Part shown: one piece after another, positions 16,561-25,785 of the stretch
Layout: each line of letters begins with the position of its first letter
Numbering within the stretch: position 1 is the first letter of the stretch
From: Vicinamibacteria bacterium
GTDB lineage: Bacteria > Acidobacteriota > Vicinamibacteria > Fen-336 > JAGNNV01
Assembly: GCA_017990495.1 (NCBI GenBank)
Contig: JAGNNV010000004.1
Location: forward strand, 3,003 to 50,728
DNA: 47,726 bases
Direction of reading: 5' to 3'
Position numbers and translations under genes: made by a program
Notes under the pieces: generated by a model
Seen by the model: the letters and a program-made list of their open reading frames with translations, nothing else
Databases searched by the model: none
What the model was told of the DNA's origin: nothing

Positions 16561-18066
16561 ATGAACCCTCATACGAAGCCCCTCGAAACCGCGGCCCATC
16601 CGGAGACGCTGAAGCGCATCGTCATCGAGCCGCTGAGCCGCGTCGAGGGTCACGGGAAGGTCACGCTGTTGATGGACCAGGAGAACCGGGTGCAGCAGGC
16701 CCGGCTTCACATTGCGGAATTCCGCGGCTTCGAAACGTTCATCCAGGGTCGTCCCTATTGGGAAGTTCCAGTCCTGGTCCAGCGCTTGTGCGGCATTTGT
16801 CCGGTGAGCCACCATCTGGCCGCGGCCAAGGCCATCGATGCGTTCGTCGGGGGTCGCAAGCTCACCCCCGCGGCGGAACGCCTGCGCCGGCTCTTGCACT
16901 ACGGTCAGACTCTCCAGAGTCACGCCCTCCATTTTTTCCACCTGGCGAGCCCCGACCTGCTCTTCGGTTTCGGCTCGGATGTCGCGAACCGCAACATCGT
17001 CGGCGTCATCAAGGCGAACCCGACCCTCGGCCTTCAGGGCGTGAAGATGCGCAAGTACGGTCAGGAAGTGATCCGCGTGCTTTCCGGTAAACGTGTGCAC
17101 GGCGTGCTCGCTCTTCCGGGCGGCGTGAATAAGGCCCTGTCCGCCGAGGATGGCGAGTTCCTGCGCCAGGACATCGATCAGATGGTTGCGTGGGCGCAGG
17201 CCGCGGTGGGTATCGCGCGGGACCTCTACATGAAGGACCTGGCCCGGAGTTCGTCGTTTGGGGCCTTTCGCTCGAATTTCGTCAGCCTGATCGCGCCGGA
17301 TGGCAGCTTCGAGCTTTATGACGGTGGCCTGCGCGCACGGGATGCGGAAGGCGAAACCGTGTTCGATCATCTCGACTGCGACCACTACCTGCGCCACATC
17401 CACGAGGAAGTGAAGTCGTGGTCGTACATGAAATTCCCATTCATCGTGGCTCTCGGGTCCGACAACGGCTGGTACCGGGTGGGCCCGCTCGCCCGCATCA
17501 ACAATGCGGACCGCATGCCCACGCCCCTCGCCGAAGCAGAGCGGCAGACCTTCGCCGCCATGGGCCACGGCGAACCGGTGCACGCCACCATGGCCTATCA
17601 CTGGGCGCGCATGATCGAGATGCTCTATGCCGCGGAGGCCATCCGTGACCTTCTGCAGGACAAAGAGACCTATGGGACGGATCTGATGACCAGAGGCGCG
17701 CGCGCCTTCGAGGGCGTGGGCGTGGTCGAGGCCCCCCGGGGCACTCTGATTCACCACTACGTCATCGACGAGAACGACACCATCGTCAAGGCCAACCTGA
17801 TCGTCGCCACCACCAACAACAACACGGCCATGAACACCGCGGTGCGGGAGGTGGCGGCCCATGAGCTCGATGGAAAGGAACTGACCGAGGGCCTGTTGAA
17901 CCACATCGAGGTCGCAATCCGCGCCTATGACCCCTGCCTCTCCTGCGCCACTCACGCTGTGGGCTCGATGGCGCTCGATGTCGTCTTGCAGGACGCCAGC
18001 GGACGGGTGGTTGATCGGCTCATGCGTAATGAAGATGGCGCCCTGGTCAGGGGCGACGTCGATTGA
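16561..18066 (+). CDS. hoxH: [NiFe] hydrogenase large subunit HoxH
   Basis: RVEGHGKV, N-terminal Ni-binding motif RLCGICPVSH, and C-terminal DPCLSCATH followed by a 36-aa cleavable tail. Confidence 0.92.
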   Translation: MNPHTKPLETAAHPETLKRIVIEPLSRVEGHGKVTLLMDQENRVQQARLHIAEFRGFETFIQGRPYWEVPVLVQRLCGICPVSHHLAAAKAIDAFVGGRKLTPAAERLRRLLHYGQTLQSHALHFFHLASPDLLFGFGSDVANRNIVGVIKANPTLGLQGVKMRKYGQEVIRVLSGKRVHGVLALPGGVNKALSAEDGEFLRQDIDQMVAWAQAAVGIARDLYMKDLARSSSFGAFRSNFVSLIAPDGSFELYDGGLRARDAEGETVFDHLDCDHYLRHIHEEVKSWSYMKFPFIVALGSDNGWYRVGPLARINNADRMPTPLAEAERQTFAAMGHGEPVHATMAYHWARMIEMLYAAEAIRDLLQDKETYGTDLMTRGARAFEGVGVVEAPRGTLIHHYVIDENDTIVKANLIVATTNNNTAMNTAVREVAAHELDGKELTEGLLNHIEVAIRAYDPCLSCATHAVGSMALDVVLQDASGRVVDRLMRNEDGALVRGDVD

Positions 18067-18641
18067 CCGGGATCCCTGAGTCAGGAACGCGGATCGCGAT
18101 CCTTGGCTGTGGCAACCCAAGCCGCGGCGATGACGCGATCGGCCCGGTTCTTCTGGAAAGGGTGGAAGAGTGGACGCGCGCGCATCCCGGTCGCCCGGTG
18201 GTGGCGGCGCAGGACTTCCAGCTCCAGGTCGAACACGCGCTGGACATGGTGGGACGGGACCTGGTGTTGTTCGTGGATGCGAGCGCCGTCGGTCTCGATC
18301 CTTTTACTCTCCGCCCCGTTCTGGCCTCTGACCAGACGAGCTTCTCGACCCACGCCCTCTCTCCCCAGGCCTTGCTTCACACCTTCAACACCCTCGGCTG
18401 TGGCGATGCCCCCAAGGCGTTCTCGCTGGGTATCCGCGGCCACTCCTTCGAACTCGGGCAGCCGCTGTCGGCACAGGCCGCTCAGAACCTGGAGCAAGCC
18501 TGGAGCCTGGTCAAGGCGCTGCTGGAAAGCCCGTCAGAGAGTGACTGGGCGAGCCAGTGCTCACTTCAGGAGATAGATCACTCCGACGATCAATCCGATG
18601 GCGACCACCACGCGCCTGAGTCCATTCGGGCTGACTCGTGA
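18063..18641 (+). CDS. hoxW: Hydrogenase maturation endopeptidase HoxW/HycI family
   Basis: [19 protein letters not shown] motif. TTG start overlaps the hoxH stop. The acidic C-terminal tail runs 81 nt into the convergent TSUP gene. Confidence 0.8.
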   Translation: MTGIPESGTRIAILGCGNPSRGDDAIGPVLLERVEEWTRAHPGRPVVAAQDFQLQVEHALDMVGRDLVLFVDASAVGLDPFTLRPVLASDQTSFSTHALSPQALLHTFNTLGCGDAPKAFSLGIRGHSFELGQPLSAQAAQNLEQAWSLVKALLESPSESDWASQCSLQEIDHSDDQSDGDHHAPESIRADS

Positions 18642-19346
18642 TGCGAGATGTCCCCCAATGGATCCGCCGATCAGGGCGCCTGTAGCCATCACCACCGCCA
18701 CGTCCCAGACCACCCGGCCGGAGAAGGCGAAGAACACCGCCGCCGCGAGATTGGAACTGAAGGACAGCGCTTGCTTGAGAGCGTTCAGGCGGTTGAAGGA
18801 ATCCGTGAGAACCAGACCGAGGGTTGCCAGCAGGATGACACCGAGACCGGCCCCGAAGTAGCCGCCATAGGCCGCGGCCAGTGCCACCGGCGCCGCCGCG
18901 CGCGCGACCTCCGAGGCCCCCCCCGCGGGCCGGCCGAGCCGATGCAGCACCCACGCGCGGATGGGATCCTGGGCCGCCAGCAGAAGGGACGCGGCCAGAA
19001 TCAGAAACGGCACCACCGCGCGGAAGACCCGGTCGCCGGCGTAAACAAGGATCAAGCCACCCGCGACACCTCCGAGCGCCGCGATGGGAAGCAGCACCTG
19101 CATCCGCCGCCCCTGCCCGGACAAGTCGCGGCGCTGGGCGAAGATTCCCCCTATGAATCCTGGACACAGGGCCACCGTGTTGGTGACATTCGCGGCGAGG
19201 GGCGGCAATCCGACCGCGGTCAGGACGGGGAAGGAGATCAACGTGCCGCCGCCCGCCACGGCATTCACGGCGCCGGCCGCGATCGCCGCGAGAGCGATCG
19301 TGATGTAGTCCAGCCCGGTCGGCACTGTAGTCAGGGCAATCCTCAA
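18561..19346 (-). CDS. TSUP (TauE/SafE) family anion exporter
   Basis: Eight-TM-like hydrophobic protein with [20 protein letters not shown] and a repeated GxxGGxxG half. Confidence 0.8.
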   Translation of the reverse strand: MRIALTTVPTGLDYITIALAAIAAGAVNAVAGGGTLISFPVLTAVGLPPLAANVTNTVALCPGFIGGIFAQRRDLSGQGRRMQVLLPIAALGGVAGGLILVYAGDRVFRAVVPFLILAASLLLAAQDPIRAWVLHRLGRPAGGASEVARAAAPVALAAAYGGYFGAGLGVILLATLGLVLTDSFNRLNALKQALSFSSNLAAAVFFAFSGRVVWDVAVVMATGALIGGSIGGHLASRVSPNGLRRVVVAIGLIVGVIYLLK

Positions 19347-19375
19347 ACTCTCGGCGGACCGGATTGGGCCCTCCT

Positions 19376-20722
19376 TCAGTGCAGGTGGGCCTGCGGGTTG
19401 GGCGGCGGAAGGCTCGCGAAGGCCGGATGGTCGGCCACCCCTCTCGTCAGGATCAACGCGTAGAGGAAGGGCGGGAAGCTCACGCCCTTGCGCCCGTTGA
19501 GGGCCACGATCGGCGTTCCGTCGGAAGCAAACTGCGCGGCGTACGCGATGTCTTCATCCAACCGGGCCTTGGTCTCCCGGCTCACGACGCAGGACTGGAG
19601 GGCCGCTTCCTTCATATAGGGAGCAGCGATGCGATACACCTCGGATGTCGTCAGATCCGTCTGCCGGGCGAAGAGCGAGCGAGCGAACTCCTCGCTCTTC
19701 GGGTGATCCGCGAGGCAGATGCGAGCGCGCGCGGCCAGGCAACGCACCGGGTCCGTGGCGTTTTGCACCATGCTGTTGCACTCGCCGTCGAGGGGAAACT
19801 GCCGCGCCTCCACCGTGAAGCTTCCGGCCGGCGTTTGTTCCCGCAGACTCAGCAGGGTCTGTTGCAGCTCGGCGCAGTGCCCGCAGCGGATGTCCGTCCA
19901 TTCCGTGATGTGAACCGGCGCGGAGGTGTTCTGCCGGGACGCCGGACCGGTCACCGGGTCGGAATTCCGGTAGATCCCGAGCGCGTCCGAGAGGGTCTGC
20001 TTCAGGCGTGGGTCGAGCGAGTCGACCAGTTGCACGAGCCTCTGATCGCGCTCGGCGTCTCCCGTTCCGAGCGGGGCCGAAGCCGCACTCCCCCTGGTTG
20101 CCGTGGCGGTGGCGGCCTGCCCCGCTTCCGTTACGGACAAGGGCGTATTCAGGCCGGGATAGAGCAAAGCCAGAAAGCCGGCGAAGCATGCAAGGGCCGC
20201 CACCATGGTGGCGCGGGGCAACTGCGGATAGCCCGCCGCGGTCCAACTGAAAAGCGCGATGCCCCCATAACCCGCGATGATCATGTCGGCGGCGAAGCAG
20301 CCCACACAAAACACTCCGAGCACGGCGCTCGCGATCAACATCACCGCCACAGCCACGAGTCCAACGACGGCGAGAAGTCGTGTCGCGGAAACGAGGGCCG
20401 GTTGGTGCCGGCCCTCGGCCTGGCGCAGCAGCGCGAGCAGCGGCATCACGAATGCGGCCATGCTCCAGACCAGTCCCCACGCGGCGAGGGGCAATCCGGT
20501 GATCTGGTGGACGCGGTGGGCAAACGTCGAGTCCCAGGCGGCGGTGCACGAAGTCGCGGCATTGACGTCGCAGAAGGCGCTGCCTCCCGACCGCGCCAGC
20601 ACCAGTTCAAACCAGAGGAAAGCGAACCAAAGCGCCGCCCCCGCGGCCAGCGCGACCAGCGAGGCCAGGCTCGGGGCCGTCGGGTGAAACGAAGGGGCGG
20701 TGTCGGTCTTGCTGCCTGTCAT
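19376..20722 (-). CDS. VKOR (vitamin K epoxide reductase)-DsbA/thioredoxin-like fusion oxidoreductase
   Basis: The N-terminal membrane domain has a loop Cys pair ([10 protein letters not shown]) and a CxxC (FCVGCF). The C-terminal soluble domain has the thioredoxin-fold motif [12 protein letters not shown]. Confidence 0.8.
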   Translation of the reverse strand: MTGSKTDTAPSFHPTAPSLASLVALAAGAALWFAFLWFELVLARSGGSAFCDVNAATSCTAAWDSTFAHRVHQITGLPLAAWGLVWSMAAFVMPLLALLRQAEGRHQPALVSATRLLAVVGLVAVAVMLIASAVLGVFCVGCFAADMIIAGYGGIALFSWTAAGYPQLPRATMVAALACFAGFLALLYPGLNTPLSVTEAGQAATATATRGSAASAPLGTGDAERDQRLVQLVDSLDPRLKQTLSDALGIYRNSDPVTGPASRQNTSAPVHITEWTDIRCGHCAELQQTLLSLREQTPAGSFTVEARQFPLDGECNSMVQNATDPVRCLAARARICLADHPKSEEFARSLFARQTDLTTSEVYRIAAPYMKEAALQSCVVSRETKARLDEDIAYAAQFASDGTPIVALNGRKGVSFPPFLYALILTRGVADHPAFASLPPPNPQAHLH

Positions 20723-20862
20723 TGGTGTCCTCAGTCGAGCGTTGATGCTACATGCCCCACTCAGGGCGCCCCATCGCCGAGCCGTTCCCTCGTGGGGTTC
20801 TCTTTGCAGTTGCCGCGGCTTGCCCGTTCCTTCCCGGAGGACGGGGCGGTGTCGCCCGCAAA

Positions 20863-20898
20863 GGTCACAACCGCCTCCTCAATCGCAAGATTGTGACC
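20863..20898. promoter_or_regulatory. Inverted repeat GGTCACAA-N20-TTGTGACC upstream of the small secreted-protein genes
   Basis: Perfect 8-bp arms at 20863-20870 and 20891-20898, about 55 nt upstream of ATG 20951. Located in the divergent intergenic region. Confidence 0.3.
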
Positions 20899-20950
20899 CC
20901 GATTACATGGCACGGCGGTTGCTCTGCATCCGTGGCGAAGGAGAAACATC

Positions 20951-21334
20951 ATGAACCGAACCGCCATCGCCCTCACCCTCGCATTGACCACCATCGCCGC
21001 CACCACACCCGCCGACGCGGGCGTGCGCATCGGAGTCCAGTTCGGCAACGACCGCGGCCGCTACGATGAACGCGGGCGCTACGGCGCGGGCCGCATCGCT
21101 TTCGACAACGGCTATCGCGACGGTCTGCGAGAAGGCGAGAAGGACGACCGAAGCGATGATCGCTACAACTATCGCGACGAGCGTCGCTATCGCGAGGCCG
21201 ACGCGGGTTATCGACGCGGCTACGGTTCGCGCTTCGAATACGCGGCTTCGTACCGCCGCGGTTTTGAAGAGGGCTACAGGCGCGGTTACTCGAACCGTCG
21301 TCACGACGATCGCGGTCGCGGCTATCGGCGTTAA
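20951..21334 (+). CDS. Secreted Arg/Tyr/Gly/Asp-rich low-complexity protein (Sec signal peptide)
   Basis: Signal peptide MNRTAIALTLALTTIAATTPADA. GGAG RBS. The mature part is built from GYRxG / YRRGY-type motifs. Confidence 0.7.
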   Translation: MNRTAIALTLALTTIAATTPADAGVRIGVQFGNDRGRYDERGRYGAGRIAFDNGYRDGLREGEKDDRSDDRYNYRDERRYREADAGYRRGYGSRFEYAASYRRGFEEGYRRGYSNRRHDDRGRGYRR

Positions 21335-21349
21335 GGATCTCGAGGACAC

Positions 21350-21694
21350 ATGAACCGTTCGCGCTTGTACGCAGCGCTCGTGATCGGGCTGGCCGTTTTC
21401 GGGGCCGCGTGTTCCACTTCACGCCCGCCTCGGGATCGGCCCGCCCCTTACGGTGTCTCTGCGTTCGACGAAGGCCTGACGCGCGGCCTCATGGCCGGAG
21501 CCTGGGCCGCTCACCGCGATCTCGGCAAGCCGGCCCGACGCAGTTTCTGGAACGACGCCCAGTATCGACGAGCCACCGAAGGGTATCGAACCCATTACGG
21601 CTCGAAGGCCGCGTACGCGGACGGTTTCCGCGCGGGGTACGAACGGGGCTACCGCGAGCGTCGACTGAAGGAACGGAATCGGCGCCGACGCTGA
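21350..21694 (+). CDS. Lipoprotein paralog of the preceding Arg/Tyr-rich protein
   Basis: Lipobox VFGAAC. Shares AFDxGxxxGL and YRxAxxGYRxxYGSxxxYAxGFxxGYxRGY blocks with 20951..21334. Confidence 0.7.
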   Translation: MNRSRLYAALVIGLAVFGAACSTSRPPRDRPAPYGVSAFDEGLTRGLMAGAWAAHRDLGKPARRSFWNDAQYRRATEGYRTHYGSKAAYADGFRAGYERGYRERRLKERNRRRR

Positions 21695-21733
21695 ACGCGA
21701 CTTCGCCCTGAAAAATCGGCCTAGAATCACGAA

Positions 21734-23146
21734 ATGGCGATTGGGCCTTCGATACTTCGCATCGGGGTGGTAGATCCCGTCGGCGCCATCGACCCTCGCA
21801 ACATGGCCGAGGCCACCACCATCCTCCTCGCGCGTCAGGTCTTCGAAACGCCCTTCCAGGCCTCGTCGACCGGCGACGCCATCCCCGCGCTCTTCAGCGA
21901 GAAGCTCGTCGAAACCCCGGGCAGCGGTGGTTTGAAATTCTCCACCACCGTGCGCACCGATGCGCGCTTCAGCGACGGGTCGCCCGTGACTCCGGAAGAC
22001 GTGGTGGGAGCGCTGGCTCAGGATCCCGTCTTCACCGGGCGCGCCACCGCCTCTTACCGCGATGGCCGTGTGCACCTCACTCTCTTCGCGCCCAACACCC
22101 GCTTCGATCTCTTCCTGACCATGTGCGGCATGCTCTATCGCCAGAACGGCAGCATCCTCCTCGGATCGGGCCCCTTCATGATGGGCACCTCCGATCGCGA
22201 CGTGGTGCGCCTGGTGCGCAACCCCCACGCACGAACGGTCTCGAAGATCGAATCGATTGAAGTCAGGCAGTATCCGGTAGACGCTCAGACCGGACGACCG
22301 ACCGCCCTGCTCGCCGCCCTCGAGAAAGGTGAGGTCGACCTGGCTCCGCGACTCTCCTGGCGTGACGTCAATCTGCTCAAGAGCACCGCGGTGGTGATGA
22401 AGCCGGTGAACTCCACGTGCATGCTCTACATCAACACCGAGCGGCTCAAGGACGTCCGCCTTCGCGGCGCTCTGGCCAAGGCCGTGGACCGAACCGTGGT
22501 GGCTGAACTCGCCTTCGGAGAGAACCCTCTGGCCTTCCGCGCCACCGGACTTCTGCCGCCAGCGCTGGGCAAAACCAACGATCGTCTGGTGCCCGACCTC
22601 GAACGGGCGCGCACCGAGTGGCAGGAGGCGGGCGGCTACGACAAGCCCATGACCATCCTCTACTCTCCCGCGCCCAGGCCCTACCTTCCCGCACCCGCGG
22701 CGGTGGGCAAACACCTCCGTGACCGCTTCAAACGACTCGGCGCCAACGTGGAGGCGGTGGAGGTCTCGTCGGGCGAGCTGATTCAGAAGGTGAACTCAGG
22801 GGACTACGACCTCGCTCTCATGGGCAACATCCCGGACAGCCCTGATCCAAGCGACTATCTGTCCGCGGTGGTGGGATCGGACGCGGTGCCTCAAGGCGTC
22901 GAAGGCGCGTCGTTCGCGTTCAACTTCTCGCGTTACCGGAGCCGCGAAGTCGACGATCTCATCGCCAACTACCGCAAGGAACGCCGTGAGGAAACCCTGG
23001 GCGAAATCGGTCTGCTGCTTGGCCGCGATGTTCCCCTGGTGCCCCTCATGTACGGTCGCGCGTGTGTGGCCCACGCCTGGCGGCTCCGCGGCTTCCAGCC
23101 CACGGTCACCGGCCTCGTCGACATCTCAGCTCTCAACCTGACCTGA
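21734..23146 (+). CDS. Family-5 (peptide/nickel, DppA/NikA-type) solute-binding protein homolog without signal peptide
   Basis: Overall SBP_bac_5-like sequence (FSDGSPVTPEDVV, INTERLKDVRLRGALAKAVDR). An in-frame TAG at 21722-21724 prevents any N-terminal extension. No adjacent permease or ATPase genes. Confidence 0.7.
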   Translation: MAIGPSILRIGVVDPVGAIDPRNMAEATTILLARQVFETPFQASSTGDAIPALFSEKLVETPGSGGLKFSTTVRTDARFSDGSPVTPEDVVGALAQDPVFTGRATASYRDGRVHLTLFAPNTRFDLFLTMCGMLYRQNGSILLGSGPFMMGTSDRDVVRLVRNPHARTVSKIESIEVRQYPVDAQTGRPTALLAALEKGEVDLAPRLSWRDVNLLKSTAVVMKPVNSTCMLYINTERLKDVRLRGALAKAVDRTVVAELAFGENPLAFRATGLLPPALGKTNDRLVPDLERARTEWQEAGGYDKPMTILYSPAPRPYLPAPAAVGKHLRDRFKRLGANVEAVEVSSGELIQKVNSGDYDLALMGNIPDSPDPSDYLSAVVGSDAVPQGVEGASFAFNFSRYRSREVDDLIANYRKERREETLGEIGLLLGRDVPLVPLMYGRACVAHAWRLRGFQPTVTGLVDISALNLT

Positions 23147-23201
23147 AGTGTGAGCCGCTAGCTTCGCGGCGCGGTTGAGCAGATAGTTCCGCTCCGGGAG
23201 G
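23118..23201. repeat. Direct repeat copy A (about 84 bp) flanking the ADOP gene
   Basis: Covers the last codons plus stop of the SBP gene and a fossil copy of the sigma-factor 3' end. It pairs with 25786-25870. The first 29 nt are identical, the central ~16-17 nt have diverged with a 1-nt indel, and the last 39 nt carry 2 mismatches. Confidence 0.85.
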
Positions 23202-23202
23202 G

Positions 23203-25719
23203 TCAGTCGGCTCGCAAGGCGACCACCGGGCTCACGCTGGTCGCCCGGCGCGCCGGCAGCCACGCCGCGCCCAGGCTCGCGCCAAGCAGGAGAAGCGGGG
23301 CGATGACGAATGTCGCCGCGTCGAACGCCCCGACGTCGACGAACAGGCTGTCCATCAGCCGTCCCATGCCGACGCCGAAGACGAGGCCCAGCGCGACGCC
23401 GCCTCCGCCGAGGGCCAGCCCTTCCCCGATCACCATTCGTCTTACGCCCGCCGGACTCGCGCCGATAGCGAGACGAATTCCGAACTCACGCGTCCTTCGA
23501 GCCACCGCGTAAGACATCGAGCCGTAGATCCCGACTACCGCGATCATTGTCGCGAAGAGCCCGAGGGTCAGGAAGAGCGTCGAGCTCACGCGTAACAACC
23601 AGAACTCGAGCGACCCCGCCACATGCTGCGCGAACGTCACGGCCTTGAAAGCAGGCAGGCCGGGTGCTATCGCCCGCACCTCGTTCTGCACCGCCTCGAC
23701 CAGGTGCGTAAGGGCTCCCGCCGAGTGCCCGCGAACCTGGAAGAAAGCGTCGCCGCGGAAACCCTGAGCGAAGGGCACGTAAACCCCATTCGTCTCCCCT
23801 TTATCGAAAGCATCGTCGCGGGTGGCCGAGACGATTCCGACGATCTCCGCCGGACCGGTCTCGACCGGCTTCGAACCCGTGGCCTGAAACTCGATCGATC
23901 GCCCAAGCGGCTCGCCGTCTGGGAAAAGGCGCCTCGAAAGCGCCTCGTTGATGACCACCACGCGTCGATTCCCGGAATGCCGGGCTTCCGCGTCCGTGAA
24001 CCCGCGCCCGCGCAACACCTTCATGCCCATGGTGCCGAAGTACGACGCGCTGACCGCATTCCAACGCGCGCCGAGGGCCTCGACTTCCGGGCGTGAAGAG
24101 GTCGCGCGCACGTACCGCCCCTCGTTCATTGTATGAAACGGCACGAAGGCCGCGAGACTCGCCGATTGTGCTCCGGGAATCGCTTTCAGTCGATCCTCGA
24201 TCACGCCATAAAGCGCCAGGGCCTCGGGCTCCTGGAGCCCCGCGAGCCCCGCGTCGACCTCGATCATCACGGTCTGCGTGGCGTCGTATCCAAGATCCGC
24301 GGTGTTCGCCTGCCGCGCCATCTGCACGAACAGGCCCGCGGAAATGAGCAGACTCAGGGAAAGGGCGATCTGGCCCGACACGAGCGGATTCCGCGGAAGG
24401 AAGCGCGAACGCCGGGGCGGCGCCTCGTCGCCGGCCTGCTGCTTGAGATCCGTCAGCACGCTCGCTCCCGAGTGTCGAAGCGCCGGCCCAAACGCGAACA
24501 TCAGCGTCGCCATCACGGAGAACACCGCCGTCCCGACGACCATCGCGGGAGGCGTGCCGAACTCGAGGGCAAGCGAGAAGGGCAGACGATCGAGCAGCGT
24601 AGCGGCGAGGCCGTTTACCGCATACATCCCAAGCGCCGCGCCCACCGCCCCACCCACCACAGAGAGAATCAGCCCCTCGGTGACGAACTGCCGCACGATC
24701 CGCGCCCGACCACCGCCCAGGGCGAGCCGGATCGCGAACTCGCGCCGTCGCGACTGGCCGCGAGCCAGGAACAGCGAGGCCAGGTTCAGGCAAACGATCA
24801 GCAGTACGGATCCCGTCATACCGAGCATCGCGAAGGCCAGCGTCATCACCGCACCCTCCTGGGGTGGGGCGTTGCTCAGAACCATCCGAGGCGCCGGGCG
24901 CGCGAAGAAGTCGGCGCCGCGATACTCGACGGGAAACCTTCGCTCCACCTCCGCGGCGGCCAGGCTCAGGGCCGGACCGGCTCCTTCCGGTGTGATCCCT
25001 TCCTTCAGGCGACCGATCAGCGTCAGGGTGAATCGATCGGGCCTCTCGAGCTCGCGCCTCGTGGACGGTTCCGCTCGATTCTCGATGGAATCAAGAACGC
25101 CGAGCGGCAGGAAGATTTCCGGCCCGAGGAGCACGTTCGCCCCCATGAATCCCTTGGGCGTGATCCCGACAATGGTGAAGGGCCGGCCGTTGACGCGGAC
25201 ACTTCGCCCGACAAGATCAGGGTCCAGGCCCGCCCGTTTCCACAGGCCGTAGGAGGCGATCGCCACGGGCGCCTCCGCACCCGGCATCGTCTCCTCCTCG
25301 GTGAAGGCCCGACCGTGAGCGAGGGAGGTGCCCAGCACCTTGAAGTAGTTGGCGCTGACGAGGGCCGAAACGGTTCGCCGCGGCGTGCCCCCTTGTGCGA
25401 GATGGTCGACGCCGACGACCTGAACCTTCTGCGCGAGCACGCCGTCGAACGCATCGTCGCGGGCAGAGAGCGATTGCCACGCACCGAGGGAGAACGGGCG
25501 GAATGAGTCCGGCTCGTTGCGCGAGTGCGAGTAGATCTGCACCAGGGCCTCGGGCTGGGCGACCGGGAGCTTCGCAAAGACCATCGAGTACGAGAGGCCG
25601 AACATCGCGGCGTTGAGTCCGATGCTCAAAGCCAGAACCAGGACCGCCGACGCCGTGAACCCCGGCGTCTTCCGGAGCTGGCGCAGCGACACCTTCACAT
25701 CGTTGAGTATTCCCCTCAT
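23203..25719 (-). CDS. ADOP-family duplicated FtsX/MacB-like ABC transporter permease
   Basis: The N-terminus (LRQLRKTPGFTASAVLVLALSIGLNAAMF) and two FtsX-type 4-TM modules separated by large periplasmic domains fit the Acidobacterial duplicated orphan permease family. No adjacent ATPase. Confidence 0.85.
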   Translation of the reverse strand: MRGILNDVKVSLRQLRKTPGFTASAVLVLALSIGLNAAMFGLSYSMVFAKLPVAQPEALVQIYSHSRNEPDSFRPFSLGAWQSLSARDDAFDGVLAQKVQVVGVDHLAQGGTPRRTVSALVSANYFKVLGTSLAHGRAFTEEETMPGAEAPVAIASYGLWKRAGLDPDLVGRSVRVNGRPFTIVGITPKGFMGANVLLGPEIFLPLGVLDSIENRAEPSTRRELERPDRFTLTLIGRLKEGITPEGAGPALSLAAAEVERRFPVEYRGADFFARPAPRMVLSNAPPQEGAVMTLAFAMLGMTGSVLLIVCLNLASLFLARGQSRRREFAIRLALGGGRARIVRQFVTEGLILSVVGGAVGAALGMYAVNGLAATLLDRLPFSLALEFGTPPAMVVGTAVFSVMATLMFAFGPALRHSGASVLTDLKQQAGDEAPPRRSRFLPRNPLVSGQIALSLSLLISAGLFVQMARQANTADLGYDATQTVMIEVDAGLAGLQEPEALALYGVIEDRLKAIPGAQSASLAAFVPFHTMNEGRYVRATSSRPEVEALGARWNAVSASYFGTMGMKVLRGRGFTDAEARHSGNRRVVVINEALSRRLFPDGEPLGRSIEFQATGSKPVETGPAEIVGIVSATRDDAFDKGETNGVYVPFAQGFRGDAFFQVRGHSAGALTHLVEAVQNEVRAIAPGLPAFKAVTFAQHVAGSLEFWLLRVSSTLFLTLGLFATMIAVVGIYGSMSYAVARRTREFGIRLAIGASPAGVRRMVIGEGLALGGGGVALGLVFGVGMGRLMDSLFVDVGAFDAATFVIAPLLLLGASLGAAWLPARRATSVSPVVALRAD

Positions 25720-25740
25720 GACGATCAGGACGAGGGCGGC

Positions 25741-25758
25741 TCCGGGAAAGTTCCCGGA
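25741..25758 (-). promoter_or_regulatory. 18-bp palindrome TCCGGGAA-AG-TTCCCGGA upstream of the ADOP start
   Basis: Perfect 8-bp arms, 22-39 nt upstream of the ADOP ATG (25719). Candidate operator. Confidence 0.35.
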
Positions 25759-25785
25759 AGGAGGTCCCCAGTGAAGGAGGTCCCC
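25757..25785. repeat. Tandem 13-bp direct repeat GAAGGAGGTCCCC x2, 16-nt period
   Basis: Identical copies at 25757-25769 and 25773-25785, inside the 66-nt cassette-specific leader of the ADOP gene. Confidence 0.8.

Noticed and set aside
16486-18120. 544-aa minus-strand ORF
   Set aside because: It is antisense to hoxH, whose L1 and C-terminal Ni-binding motifs are clear. Considered an artefact.
21419-22714. 431-aa minus-strand ORF
   Set aside because: It is antisense to the family-5 SBP homolog and has no motifs.
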